64,000 bases of DNA from Anthoceros angustus (lineage: Eukaryota; Plantae; Anthocerotophyta), in NCBI GenBank assembly GCA_010909165.1, contig VJWM01000296.1:52379-116378 (forward strand), written 5' to 3'. This document shows, piece after piece, positions 45,650-56,940 of this stretch (its first letter is position 1; each line of letters begins with the position of its first letter). Position numbers and translations under genes: made by a program. Below the pieces are notes generated by a model. It was not told the origin of the DNA. It saw only the letters and a program-made list of their open reading frames with translations, and searched no databases.

Positions 45650-48600
45650 TGTGGCGCGACTTTTCTTGGCGGTAGGCGCGCACAATCCGTGTCGTTGTAG
45701 GAAGAAGTCCGTTCCCAAAGGGAATGATAGGCTCCGTTTACGCGTTTGGTGATTCTTACCGTCCTTAGCGCTCGTTCGGCCTCAACACACACATACTCCT
45801 AACTACTCTGGCGTTCACCGTCTGAGCCCGGTATGGCCAAGCGTTTAAGGACCCGTTGTCCATCGTTCACATCCGTCCCTCACATCCAGTCCTTTCCTCT
45901 CTCCCTCACGCTACACTCTTGGTCTTAGAAAAAAGCGGGTTACAGGACCTCCTCCGTCGTTCCGCGGGCCTCTCGGGCTCTACACGCCCTCCCGAGTTCC
46001 TCCGGCTCACGTTCGATCCGTTCGGTGCCGGACGCGGCTCGGGGCACGGTCACCAGTCACCCTTCCACACACACCACGCGTTAAGTCCGTCACGGGACCT
46101 TGATCAATCTCCCGGGCGTGCTGCTCGGTGACTCGGGACTCACGTTAGCAAGAAGACTCACAAAGGTGCAGAGCGGCATCAACACCAAGAGAAAGATGCT
46201 TTACTAGGCCTCGGCCCTCTTATCTGCGCCCAAGGTGGCGTCTTTATTACACCCCTATTGATAGCCAGCGGTATATCGGCCGCCTACCATCCTATTTCCC
46301 CCCTATCTCCTTCCATGTTGTGGGAAGGTCCACAGGCCCCGCCTCGGAATGGGTGGTCAATCCCCGTCACAGCGGTTGTGGCACCCAATCGGATGATCCG
46401 TGGCGGGCCTCCTCTCCGGAATCACAGCCGGGTTGGGCTCTGGCGGATCGACAAGCCGTTACCACGGCGTCATCCTCCCACAGCCTCCCACAGGTCCCCC
46501 GGTGGGGCCACCATATCTGCTCCCCTAGCGTAAGTCGAAGGGGCTCCTCCTTCTTGCGGCCGGTCCTCGAGGTCTGTCTCGACTCGAACTTGAGTCCGGC
46601 TTCTGGTCGGCCGGCTAGGTCCGACCTTGTCTGCAGGGTCCGGACCTCGGGGTCCGGACTTATTCGGTCCGGACTTGAGTCCGGACTTATTGTCCGGACT
46701 TGGTCCGGACTTATTCTGGTCCGGACTTGGTCGGCCTCCCCTGGTCCGGACAAAGTCCGGACTCACGCCCACCGGGTTTCCTCCCTCAGGACTCCTCCGT
46801 GGCTCTCCCCTCAAGTCCTCCATGTTCCCGATCGCCGGTGACTCCTTGGCCCCTCCTTCCATGGTGAGGTGCGGGGTGCTTACCTCGCATCCGCGCTCCC
46901 TCGTTCGCTCCTCGGTTGCTCCTCTCCGCCGCTCCGTCATCTCAAGCAGGGGCCACTAGGGTCCTGTCTTTGTCCCGTGGCCTTCATCTCCCAGGCCTTC
47001 CGGTCCGTCCGTTTCGGGGCGTCGAGGCTTCTCGCTTGAGGGGCTCGTGGTAATAGGCAAAGTCTGAATCGACTTGTTGAATTGCCTCTTCCACGTGTGC
47101 CGCACCGATACTCCCTCCGCCATAAGTGTTGGGCGTCTTTGCCCGGCTTGTTGGGCCACCTCTCTCTGCCCGGTTGTGGTGGGCGGTATCAGGCTACAAG
47201 GCGGCCTCGGTCACCTCTGCAGCCTGTTGCTCCCTCGCTCCGTCGTTTCCTCTCCATTGCCACTTACCGCCATAGCGCGTTCCCTTCCGCCTTTCTCGGT
47301 GGACCGGCTTCTTTTCTTCCGTGCTCGCGCTCCTCCGTTCATTCGGCCTTTAGCTCATGACTCCCTCTCCGGGCGGTCGGTACCTCCGTCCAGACTCGGG
47401 ACTTCCTCCGGCTCCTTCGTGGCAGCAGCGTCCAACTCCTTGGATAGTCGCGATTTTCCTCCGTCTTGAGGCCGGAGAGGCACTCTGTTCGTGCTCGAGT
47501 CGTGGATTCTCGTTGAGAATCACTGCTTTCCGCATCTTGGAGTTGTAGCTCAGTGTCCTTGCATCCTCCATCTGCTGCCGCCTCTCCTCTACTTCCTGCT
47601 GCTCGGAGATCTCCTATCTCCCAGTCTTGGCCTCCATCTCCTCCTTTGGCCCTTGCACGCTCCATAGCCTTTGTCGGCCTTGAGTTAACCTCGGCACTGT
47701 GACTCTCTCCACGGTTCGATCACGTGGTATCCCGGTCGCTCTTGCCGCTTGACTCCTTCGCCGCCTTTACAGGCCGCCCACTTGGCCTCCATCTGCTGCC
47801 GCCTCCAGTCCGAGCTCTCTGCTTGTGCCGGGCCTCTTGCCTCTGCTGCGCTTCCCCTCTTGCAAGGTCCTCCGCCCGCGCTTGGCCTCCCAGGCTTGCT
47901 TGTTCGCCTGTGAAGAACCTTAACCAGTCTGTGAACGCGGGCCTCGCGCTCCGCCACCGGCGTTTCCCTTCCTCGATCCGGCGAGGGACTCCGCCTTTCC
48001 TTTGCCCCTCGCCGCCTTCACTTGCTCTTGGGTTCCACCATCCTCCTCGGGTGGCCTCCACTTCACAGGTCTTCTCCCTGCAGAGACCCCAAAGCATTCC
48101 GTCCATGTGTAGCAGACTCGCCGTGTTTCTTCCACGGCCCGTGAGGAGAAAGTCCGTAGTGGGGCCGGCATTTCTCGGTCCGCCAGGACCTCCATACATG
48201 ATCGGAGTAAGTCCGGGTGGGTTCTCCGGACCTAATCGGGACCCTCGGTCACAGTGGTGGTCAGAGTCTCACCCTCTTTGGCCCTCTTGGCCTCTAACTC
48301 CTTTGTGCCCTCTTTCTCACAGGGCTCGGAGGAGGTGAGGGGGTCGGGAGCAAGCTCTTTTGCCCCTTCACAGCCGGGGCAGGCCGGCTCGGTGTGCCCG
48401 GTGACCTCCACTCCTTGGGCCACGTCCTTCGCCCTCCTTCGCCTCTTGACCTCTTGCCACTCCGTGGCGGGGAATCGGCACTCCCAGTCTTTGCGTTGGT
48501 AAGCGGCACCGTCTTCCGCCTCTTGACTCCCGTTGAGTTCGTCGGGGCTCGGCGTCGTGGTTGTTGGTTGTCATCTGCCGGTCAGCCGCCCTCGGCATCG

Positions 48601-51432
48601 GCTCCCTCCTTGCTCGGAGGGCACCAAAAGGAGGAAGGGAATCGCCTCCCAAACTTCCACAGGTGGTGAGGGGTTCGCTCAGGGCGTATGGAGTCAGGAA
48701 TCCTCCCGATCGTCCTCCTCCGAGTCGCTTGGTCTTGAAGGGCGACCCCCACCTCAGGCGCCCTTGCACGCTCTACAGCGGGCCTCCGGCCCCGGGGCGC
48801 CCGTTCAAGCTCTCCCTCCTTGAGCTCGAAATGTCCCCATACATGAATCGGGTATGGGGTCGGCCCGATGGCGAGGCTTCTCGCTCCTTAGCTTGCGTGC
48901 CTCTGGCGAAGGCGAAGATAATCCTTCCCGTCCGCTCTCTTCCCCGGCTGGGCGCATGCGAGAATACCAGAGTTATCACCAAGGTGATCCACCTTGGTGG
49001 CGAGTTCAATGGACAATGATCCGGGCTACCGCCCTTACTCGGATCCGGCGGATCGGATATCAACCATCCGTTGGTTGTCCTGCGTTCGAGCCTCAACGCC
49101 GCTGGTGGCCCTATCTTCCCGCCGCCTTAAGGGGCTCGGCACCACGCCCCTTCTTCCTCCTTGGCGGTTGTAGGCCATCCTCGGGACCTCAAGGTCCATC
49201 GCCTCGGGTCCTCCGGAGGTTCTTGGATCGGACCTCCTTGTTGATCGCCCGCATCTTGGGCAAACTCCGGACTAGAGTTGTCAAAGGTCCGAGACCATTT
49301 GGAACACGTCCGGATGCCACTCCTGCACCAATTCCCTTCCTCGATCCGGCGAGGGACTCCGCCTTTCCTTTGCCCCTCGCCGCCTTCACTTGCTCTTGGG
49401 TTCCACCATCCTCCTCGGGTGGCCTCCACTTCACAGGTCTTCTCCATGTACCGAGACCCCAAAGCATTCCGTCCATGGCTCCCAGACTTCGCCGTGTTTC
49501 TTCCACGGCCGCGTGTGAGGCCCCACAAAGTCCGTAGTGGGGCCGGCATTTCTCGGTCCAGGACCTCCATACCTTGATCGGAGTAAGTCGGGGCGGGTTC
49601 TCGGACCTAATCGGGACCCTCGGGTCACAGTGGTGGTCAGTCTCACCCTCTTTGGCCCTCTTGGCCTCTAACTCCTTTGTGCCCTCTTTCTCACAGGGCT
49701 CGGAGGAGGTGAGGGGGTCGGGAGCAAGCTCTTTTGCCCCTTCACAGCCGGGGCAGGCCGGCTCGAGGTGGGGCTGCGCGGTGACCTCCTGCTCCTTGGG
49801 CCACGTCCTTCTGCCCTCCTTACGCCTCTTGACCTCTTGCCACTCAGGTGGGGGGTAAGTCGGCACCTTCGAGGTCTTTGCGTTGGTAAGCGGCACCGTC
49901 TTCCGCCTCTTGGCTCCGTTGAGTTCGTCGGGGCTCGGCGGTCGTGGTTGTTGGTTCATCTGCCGGTGCGGGCCGCCAACGCCCTCGGCATCGGCTCCCT
50001 CCATGCCTGCTCGGAGGGCACCAAAAGGAGGAATCTCCCAAACTTCCACAGGTGGTGAGGGGTTCGCTCAGGGCGTATGGAGTCAGGAATCCTCGATCGT
50101 CCTCCTCCGAGTCGCTTGGTCTTGAAGGGCGACCCCCACCTCAGGCGCCCTTGCACGCTCTACAGCGGGGCCTCCGGCCCCTTGGGCGCCCGTTCAAGCT
50201 CTCCCTCCTTGAGAGCTCGAAATGTCCCCATACATGAATCGGTATGGGGTCGGCCCGATGGCGAGGCTCGCTCCTTAGCTTGCGTGCCTCTGGCTGAGCC
50301 GAAGATAATCCTTCCCAGTCGCTCTCTTCCCATTGGGCGCATGCGAGAATACCAGCAGGTTATCACCAAGGTGATCCACCTTGGTGGCGAGTTCAATGGA
50401 CAATGATCCGGGCTACCGCCCTTACTCGGCCGTCGGCCGGATATCAACCATCCGTTGGTTGTCGCTGCGTTCGAGCCTCATCGCGGTGGCCCTATCTTCC
50501 CGCCGCCTTAAGGGGCTCGGCACCACGCCCCTTCTTCCTCCTTGGGCGGTTGTAGGCCATCCTCGGGACCTCAAGGTCCATCGCCTCGGGTCCTCCGGAG
50601 GTTCTTGGATCGGACCTCCTTGTTGATCGCCGCATCTTCGGGCAAACTCCGGACTAGAGTAACGTTGTCAAAGGTCAGACCATTTGGAACACGTCCGGAT
50701 GCCACTCTGCACCAATTCCCTGCTTCCTCCGGCCGGGCCCGGTCCGGATAGCGCGGGTCACAATGTTGCGCTCCACGAGGTCCATGGCTCCCAGACTTCG
50801 GCTTTTGGGTGCCATTGCTTTCTCCTCCTCTTGTTCTGGCTGGCCGAGTCCGTGGCACGATGTTCCTCCTTCGCGCGTTGCTCCAACCTTGACGGTGAGC
50901 CGCTCTTGGCGCCCAAAAGATAGCGCCGAGCGGATTGCGGGCGCAAGGGGCTGAGGATTATGCGGAGGCTGCCGTGACCTCCCTCCTTGGCCGCTTGTGG
51001 AAGTCTGGGCGGAAGGCGCCTCTTCGTTGTCCGTGCGCGAGTGCATGGCGACTCGACCCTCGCTTACTCGGCCCACGCGCGCGCGCGGGCGTGAATACTG
51101 CCTGCGGCCTCGCAGGTTCAGTCTGACCTGCATGCCCGACCTCCACTCGGGGCCGTCACGTGGCGCCGCCTCGTGCATCCTCACGCCTCCGCTCCTAGGT
51201 TACTTTCCTGGCGTACTTATCCTATTTTGACTGGGTGGGTTCGGACTTATCCGTTACTCGGCGTAGTCGGAGCTTGCCATAGGTAATGGGGTCCGTTGTT
51301 CACTCAGTCCGGAGTATACTCCGCCTCGTCCGGCGCTACCCCAATTTATTCCTCCTTTTCCGCCTTATTTATCCTTCAATCCTAAAAAGCGAAACCCTAC
51401 TTATTTCTTAACTCCCGAGTGCATAGCCCACA
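45650..51432 (-). repeat. 3' LTR (~4.4 kb unit plus an internal 1.37-kb tandem duplication, ~47966-49331 / 49332-50720)
   Basis: Colinear with 58598-63099; adjacent to the PPT. Confidence 0.88.
46637..46762. repeat. Array of palindromic GTCCGGAC(TT) motifs in the LTR (also at ~57918-58022 and ~59561-59686)
   Basis: About 8-9 gtccggac copies spaced 11-18 bp apart. Confidence 0.85.
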
Positions 51433-54400
51433 TACTCCCTTCTCATCATTGGCGTCTCGCCAACACTAAGCATACTTCTTCACCCGCCACCCGTTCACCC
51501 GAGTGGGCAGCTCTCCATCTAGTGGTGGGACGGACCCGTTGTCATATACTTGCACCACTTGGTACGGACCCATCCATCTCGGTGAAGTTTGCACGGAAAA
51601 TGCATGTATGACTATCATAAAGGAGGGCGGTCCCTTCCTTTACATACTCCATTCCATGATGGCGATCGTGCCAAATCTTTTGGTTTTGCACCATCTTGTT
51701 GAGCTTCTTCCTCCTCATGTCTTTGAACAAACCCCAAGAGTCGCTCGGTGGCTTTCCTCTTCTGTCGTCTCCTTCCATCATTACTCGAAAAGTGGGCACT
51801 TCAAACTCTCACGGCATTACGGAGAGTGTCGTAGGTCAAGTAAGGGTCCGTTGTGTGGTCACCTTCTCTGCTGTCCGGGCCATGCGGATGGATGGCATCA
51901 TGGGCGTAGTTCACGTGAGTTTATTCAGATCCTGAGATGAGCCCATTTGTCTTCTCTGTCGACCCATTGGCCTTAGGATTGTAGGGTGCCGTCTTGCGAT
52001 GATTGATGCGAAATACTCCGTCATGGCGGCCACCACATCATTAAGGAAATGGGTTCCCCTATCACTTACCTGCGGCGGACATCCGTGCGGGTTATGATGT
52101 TCTCGTCACAATTTGGCCACGGTATTTGCGAGTCCGTTCTTGTCGCCACCGCCTCTACCCACAGTGCGGTAGTCCGTTGCCACCGGGATGTATCTCCTTT
52201 GTGTGTGTCTTGTCGTGGTATAGGTCCAACAAAGTCAATACCCACTTTTCGAAGGTGCGGTGCCAATATCGGTACTAGCGCATGTCGTCGGGGTTGGCTT
52301 TCCGATCCGACAAGCATCACACTTCTTCCTAAGCGGTGGGTGTCCCCATACATTGTTGGCCACCGGTATCCGCTTCAAAATCTTTTGGTGGTGACTGTCT
52401 TGCGTAGTGTCCTCCCCAATCCTTCGTGCATTCCCACGGCGCTCCATCTCTGCCGGTTGCAAGTACCTTCGTTCTACTCCGTCAGGCCCTAATTTGAACA
52501 CACACCGTTGTACATTACGAAGGGTCGAGCATAGTGCACGAATGCCTCCCTCACAGTCGATTTTGGAAGCTCCATTCCCAGGTACCGCTCTATTTCTTCG
52601 TAGGTCGGACGGCGGACCCTCCCTTCTCGCCTAAAATGCCCGTTCGTAGCTTGGGGTTGTCTGGGCTCCTCCGGTTGTACTTTTCTGCGGCAACCAATGT
52701 CTCATCCGGAGCATCTTCACGATCTCTCAACACCTGTTTTCAATCGTGACGAAATCGCATTTTGGTGCCTCCCTTGTCTTGTTTCCACTTGACGTGAACT
52801 CCTGCGGCAACAATATCCACCTTGCTATCCGTCGAGTCCGCCTTATTCACCGGATGCTTGAGCAAAGTGGTCTACATAGAACACAAACTCCAGGGCGGTA
52901 GTGTCGAATTTCTTGGACATATACCATACCCGTGCTTGGCCTCTGTAGTTGTGTATTTTCGTTCGCGTGGGTGAGCGCCGTCCGGTAGTATACGGGATAA
53001 TCCCGCTTGTCGTCCCGGCTCGGCACTACTCCGATAGCAAAGCGGACACGTCTACATACACATGAAATTTCTGCTCGATCCGGTCCTCTTAGGGTGCGCT
53101 TACCAAGGTGTTCCTCCGAAGGCCTCCTCTCGCTCCGTGACCGGTCCAAACCTCCTCCTTCATGATGGTTACATCAACTTAGCCCCTCTTAAAGTCCTTA
53201 ATAAACCGGTAGTATCCCACCATTCCGAAACCTCTCGGCTCCTTTAGGTTCGTCGGTGGAGGCGGATGACCGGACCTTGTCCCGTCCACCTCGATTCCAG
53301 CCGACACCCGATGTCGCAAGATTCCCTCCGTCATTCCAAAGTAGCATTTCTCGGTGTAGGCTCAATTGAGTCTCCGGCGCTCAAGCACCTTCTTAGATGC
53401 CCAAGGTGTTTGTCCTGCTCCCCATGCACACAAAATCATCCAGAATATCTCCATGAAGTCCCTCGAAGTCACGGAAGGCGTTGGTCACCATACGCATGAG
53501 CGACCACAGGCGCTCGGTCATCCCAAAGGCACTTCTCTTGTAGGCAAGCGTACCCCACTCGTAGTGAAGGTCGTCTTGTCCCGGTCCGACTCCCTTAGGT
53601 GCAATTGGTTATATCCGGAGTAGCCATCCGGAAGGAGTAAGTAGTCCGTCCACCTTGTCCAAAATGTCGTCTTGGCATCGGAAGTGGTCCTTCTCCGTTC
53701 TTGAGCTTCCTCCAATCTTGGCATACCGAATTTGTCTGGGGGGAACCACCACAATGTAGCGACCCACTCGGATGGGGAAAATGATGTCTGCCTCCGGTAC
53801 TTATCAAGGACCTCCTTCACCTTGATCGAATACTTGGGGTTGAGCTTGTATTGTGATTCGGTGCTCCACGGCTTCAAATCGATCTTATGCTCTCCCACTT
53901 CTTGGAATGCCCTTCATGTCCGTGACCTTGAAGGCGAACACCTCATAAAACTCCCCAGTGCTTTAGTCCTTCCTTGGTCCGGAGGCATGCCTTTCTTAAA
54001 CTTGAGAATTTGCGGACCTCCACTTCTTCCACGTCGTCCGGGTTCACCGTCTCCGTTCGTCTTTGCCTCAAACCCCTCGTCCTCCTCTCGGGATCGTCCT
54101 CTCGCATCCCCATTCTCGAAGAGCTCGTCGGAGGTGAATCGTGTTACTCCTTGATGTCAGCTTTTCCTTGGTCCGACTCTTGTTGTCTCCCCCTTGTCTT
54201 TGGTCCGACCTCCTCTTCACTTCCTTCCTCCGGCCCGTTGTGGCGTTTACTCAAAACAATCAACCACTTCCGCCAAAGGCATCCGCGGTAGTCCATCTCC
54301 TCCTCGGACGGCGGATCTTGGCGAAAGTCGCCTCCTCGGAACTATCTTGTTCGTCGCCGGTGGAGTCCTCAGGTATACCCCAGTAGTGCTCACGGTTTCC

Positions 54401-56940
54401 CACAATAGGTGTCCTTGCTCCGGTGATAGCAACCCTCCCTTCCTTCACCTTAGGGTCCCGTCCACCGGCTTGAAGTGAATCTCCTTCCTTCCAAAGTGTA
54501 GCTGCAGGCCAACCCGACCATGGCAGCACCTCATACCCTAATGGTCCGGCGGTTTGATCACAACAAAATCCGGTTTGTAGTGCGCGGCTGCTATGGTGGC
54601 CAAGACTCGGTTAACTCCCGGATCTCTTCTTGACATATACGCCATTCTCGAGTCTTCGTTGAGGTTCGAAGGATGTGAAGCCCAATTTTCGCCGTGGCTT
54701 GGTGATGAGGTTGACTCCGGACCCGTGTCCAGTACATCCTTGATGATACATCCAATCTCCACTTGTACCTGGCGCCAGGTCGTATGGGACACCACCCTCA
54801 CTTCCTGTGCTACCCTTCACGGCTTGGTGCTCACGGTGGGTTTCCTAACGGCCCGGACCTCTTGTGGTATTTCGGGTTATCCCTCGGTATCGAAAGGACA
54901 CAAGGTCTGGCGATTCATCATCGGTCCGCCACATTAAAGGCGAGGCTTCTACCCCAATCGAGGATCCTGCTGCTGCGTCCTCATCCTCTCCCGGTCACTT
55001 GTTACGGTATTCTCCGGATGCTTGCGCATTTCCTCCGCAACATCTCGGTCACCTCCCGGACTACGTCCGGTGGAAGCTAACGTCGCCGTCGAGGCACCGT
55101 TCCTTCTCCCTGTCAGGAGAACTTCCTTGGTAATCCCTCCGTGAGCCCGTCCAGCCCTCCTTCATCGGTCGGATCCTCTGCTGGTATTTCCGTTTGATTG
55201 CCTTCCTCGGCGTCGTGGCGCTTCCTCCGATCTTGTTCTTCTTCAATGGCGCCTTTCTCGCTCCTTCCTTGACTACGGTAGACACCTCAAGATTTCCACG
55301 ACTCCCTTCCTTCGACACCCCCCCAGTACCTTCTTGTTCTTTTCCATCTCGCGTACCTGGGAATCTCTTCCCACTCCGCCAGAGCATCTTGACTTGCCGT
55401 GCAGTCGGTCTTAGGAGGTGGCGTTGGTGGTCGGGTTCTCCTTGGTGTGGCATATCGTCGTCCTTGTGCGGGGTTGGGACATAGCGTCTTGCTGTCATAT
55501 GCCCGGCCTTGCGATCGCCACTGCTCGAAGTCCCCATTACCACCTCGTTGAGTGCGGACACGCGTTGGAGTAATGGCGGGATTCGCGGTTCCAAGACCAC
55601 GGCCGTCGGAGGATACGAAGGGGCTCCCATGCGGTGCTGCATCGGTGGGGCCCGTTGTATTGACGGACCTCCGGTTGGCGGATACATGGTTTTGGGATAT
55701 CGCGGCCCGGAGGGGCTTCCTGCACGATAGGCCTCTTCCCATTGCTCCTCGGCCTCCTCCTCGTGTAGTCCACTTGATGCACCGGCCTTGAGGCGGTTGG
55801 ATTCGAATGGCCGTGTTCTTGGCGGCACACGGGCGTTCGCACCGTAGTCGGTGTTTTCCGCGCTCTCGGTCCTTAACGTTTATCGCGGTCCTCTACTCTC
55901 TTTATCACTTTTCCGGGTCCTCCCGGATGCTACCTCCTTAGGGAGTCGGGTCCGGAGCTTCTCGGACCGTCTTGGTGTCACCACCTCCTTCTTACCACTT
56001 CTTTTAGCGGGGCTTTCTTGCTCTTCTTCTTGCGGGATACTCTTCCTCGCTAGAGACCTCGTCTCTTCTTGGACGACGCTCCTCCTCCTCAAGACACCTC
56101 CATTGGTCTTCCTCCTCCTCGAAGACTCTTCCTCCTCGAGTCGAACCCCGTTTCTTCTTCTTCTTCTTGCCTCCTTGATTTCTTTATCCTCGATGTAGCG
56201 ATTCCTCGTAGTTTTCGGCCGCTCGGCCTTGCCCGTCCTTCTCGGCGGCGGCGGGGCGTGCAGCCATGGGTTTGGCTAGGCGACGCGAACCACCGTCGCT
56301 TGCATCGTGGTATGGGTTGGATGCCGATCCTCGGGCATAGAACCGCTCGATGTCTGAGCCCGGCTTCTCCTTCTTCCTTGATTTTCCAACTTTGATAATA
56401 CATACCCCTCACTGGTCGATCCTCGAAACCGTTCTAGAAGGCATTTTCAAAGCTTCAAGCGAGGCGGGTGGGGCATTCTCCGTGGTCGGTACTTTCTCCG
56501 ATACCATTGAGTTGTCCTCGGAGAACCCCTTGGAAAAGGCTGGATGCGTCGACTCCCTCTCCGTTGAAGTTGGCTTTGGACACGAAGTCCTCCACAAAGG
56601 TCTCGCATCCGCTCCTTCTTCCCTCCGAATATGGAGTGCTTGTTTGGTCGGTAGGGGCCGCCATGCGCCATCGATGGGTTAGGCGTGGTCCTACCTTCTT
56701 CCGTTGGCGTCCCTTGTACCCGACTCGTCTTGGTCCGACAATTCGACCACGTTCTCCCTCCTCGATCGGTGCTCTCGTTGGGTTTGGCGTCTCTCTCTCA
56801 CGGCTCGGAGAGCGCGTGACCACGTCCGATCCTCGACGGTTCACTCTTGACCGTCGCTCGACACGCATTCACTTACCTTCTCTTCCTAAGGGCGCACTTT
56901 GCGGCACCACGGACCGATTTCATTCCCGGCAGCGCCAAAA
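51433..56940 (-). pseudogene. Frameshifted gag-pol of the large Gypsy element
   Basis: gag (CETFVEDFVSKANF..QWYRRK..LEALKM) at ~56400-56650; protease VLDTGSGVNLI at ~54720; RT EHKIDLKP..QYKLNPKYSIKVKE, DGYSGYNQLHLRESDRDKTTFTT, FMEIFxDDF at ~53430-53900; RNase H (DYPVYY) at ~52800-53050; integrase KVGIDFVGPI, WVEAVAT, DRGTHFLN, KTAPYNPKANG at ~51900-52300. Confidence 0.9.
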
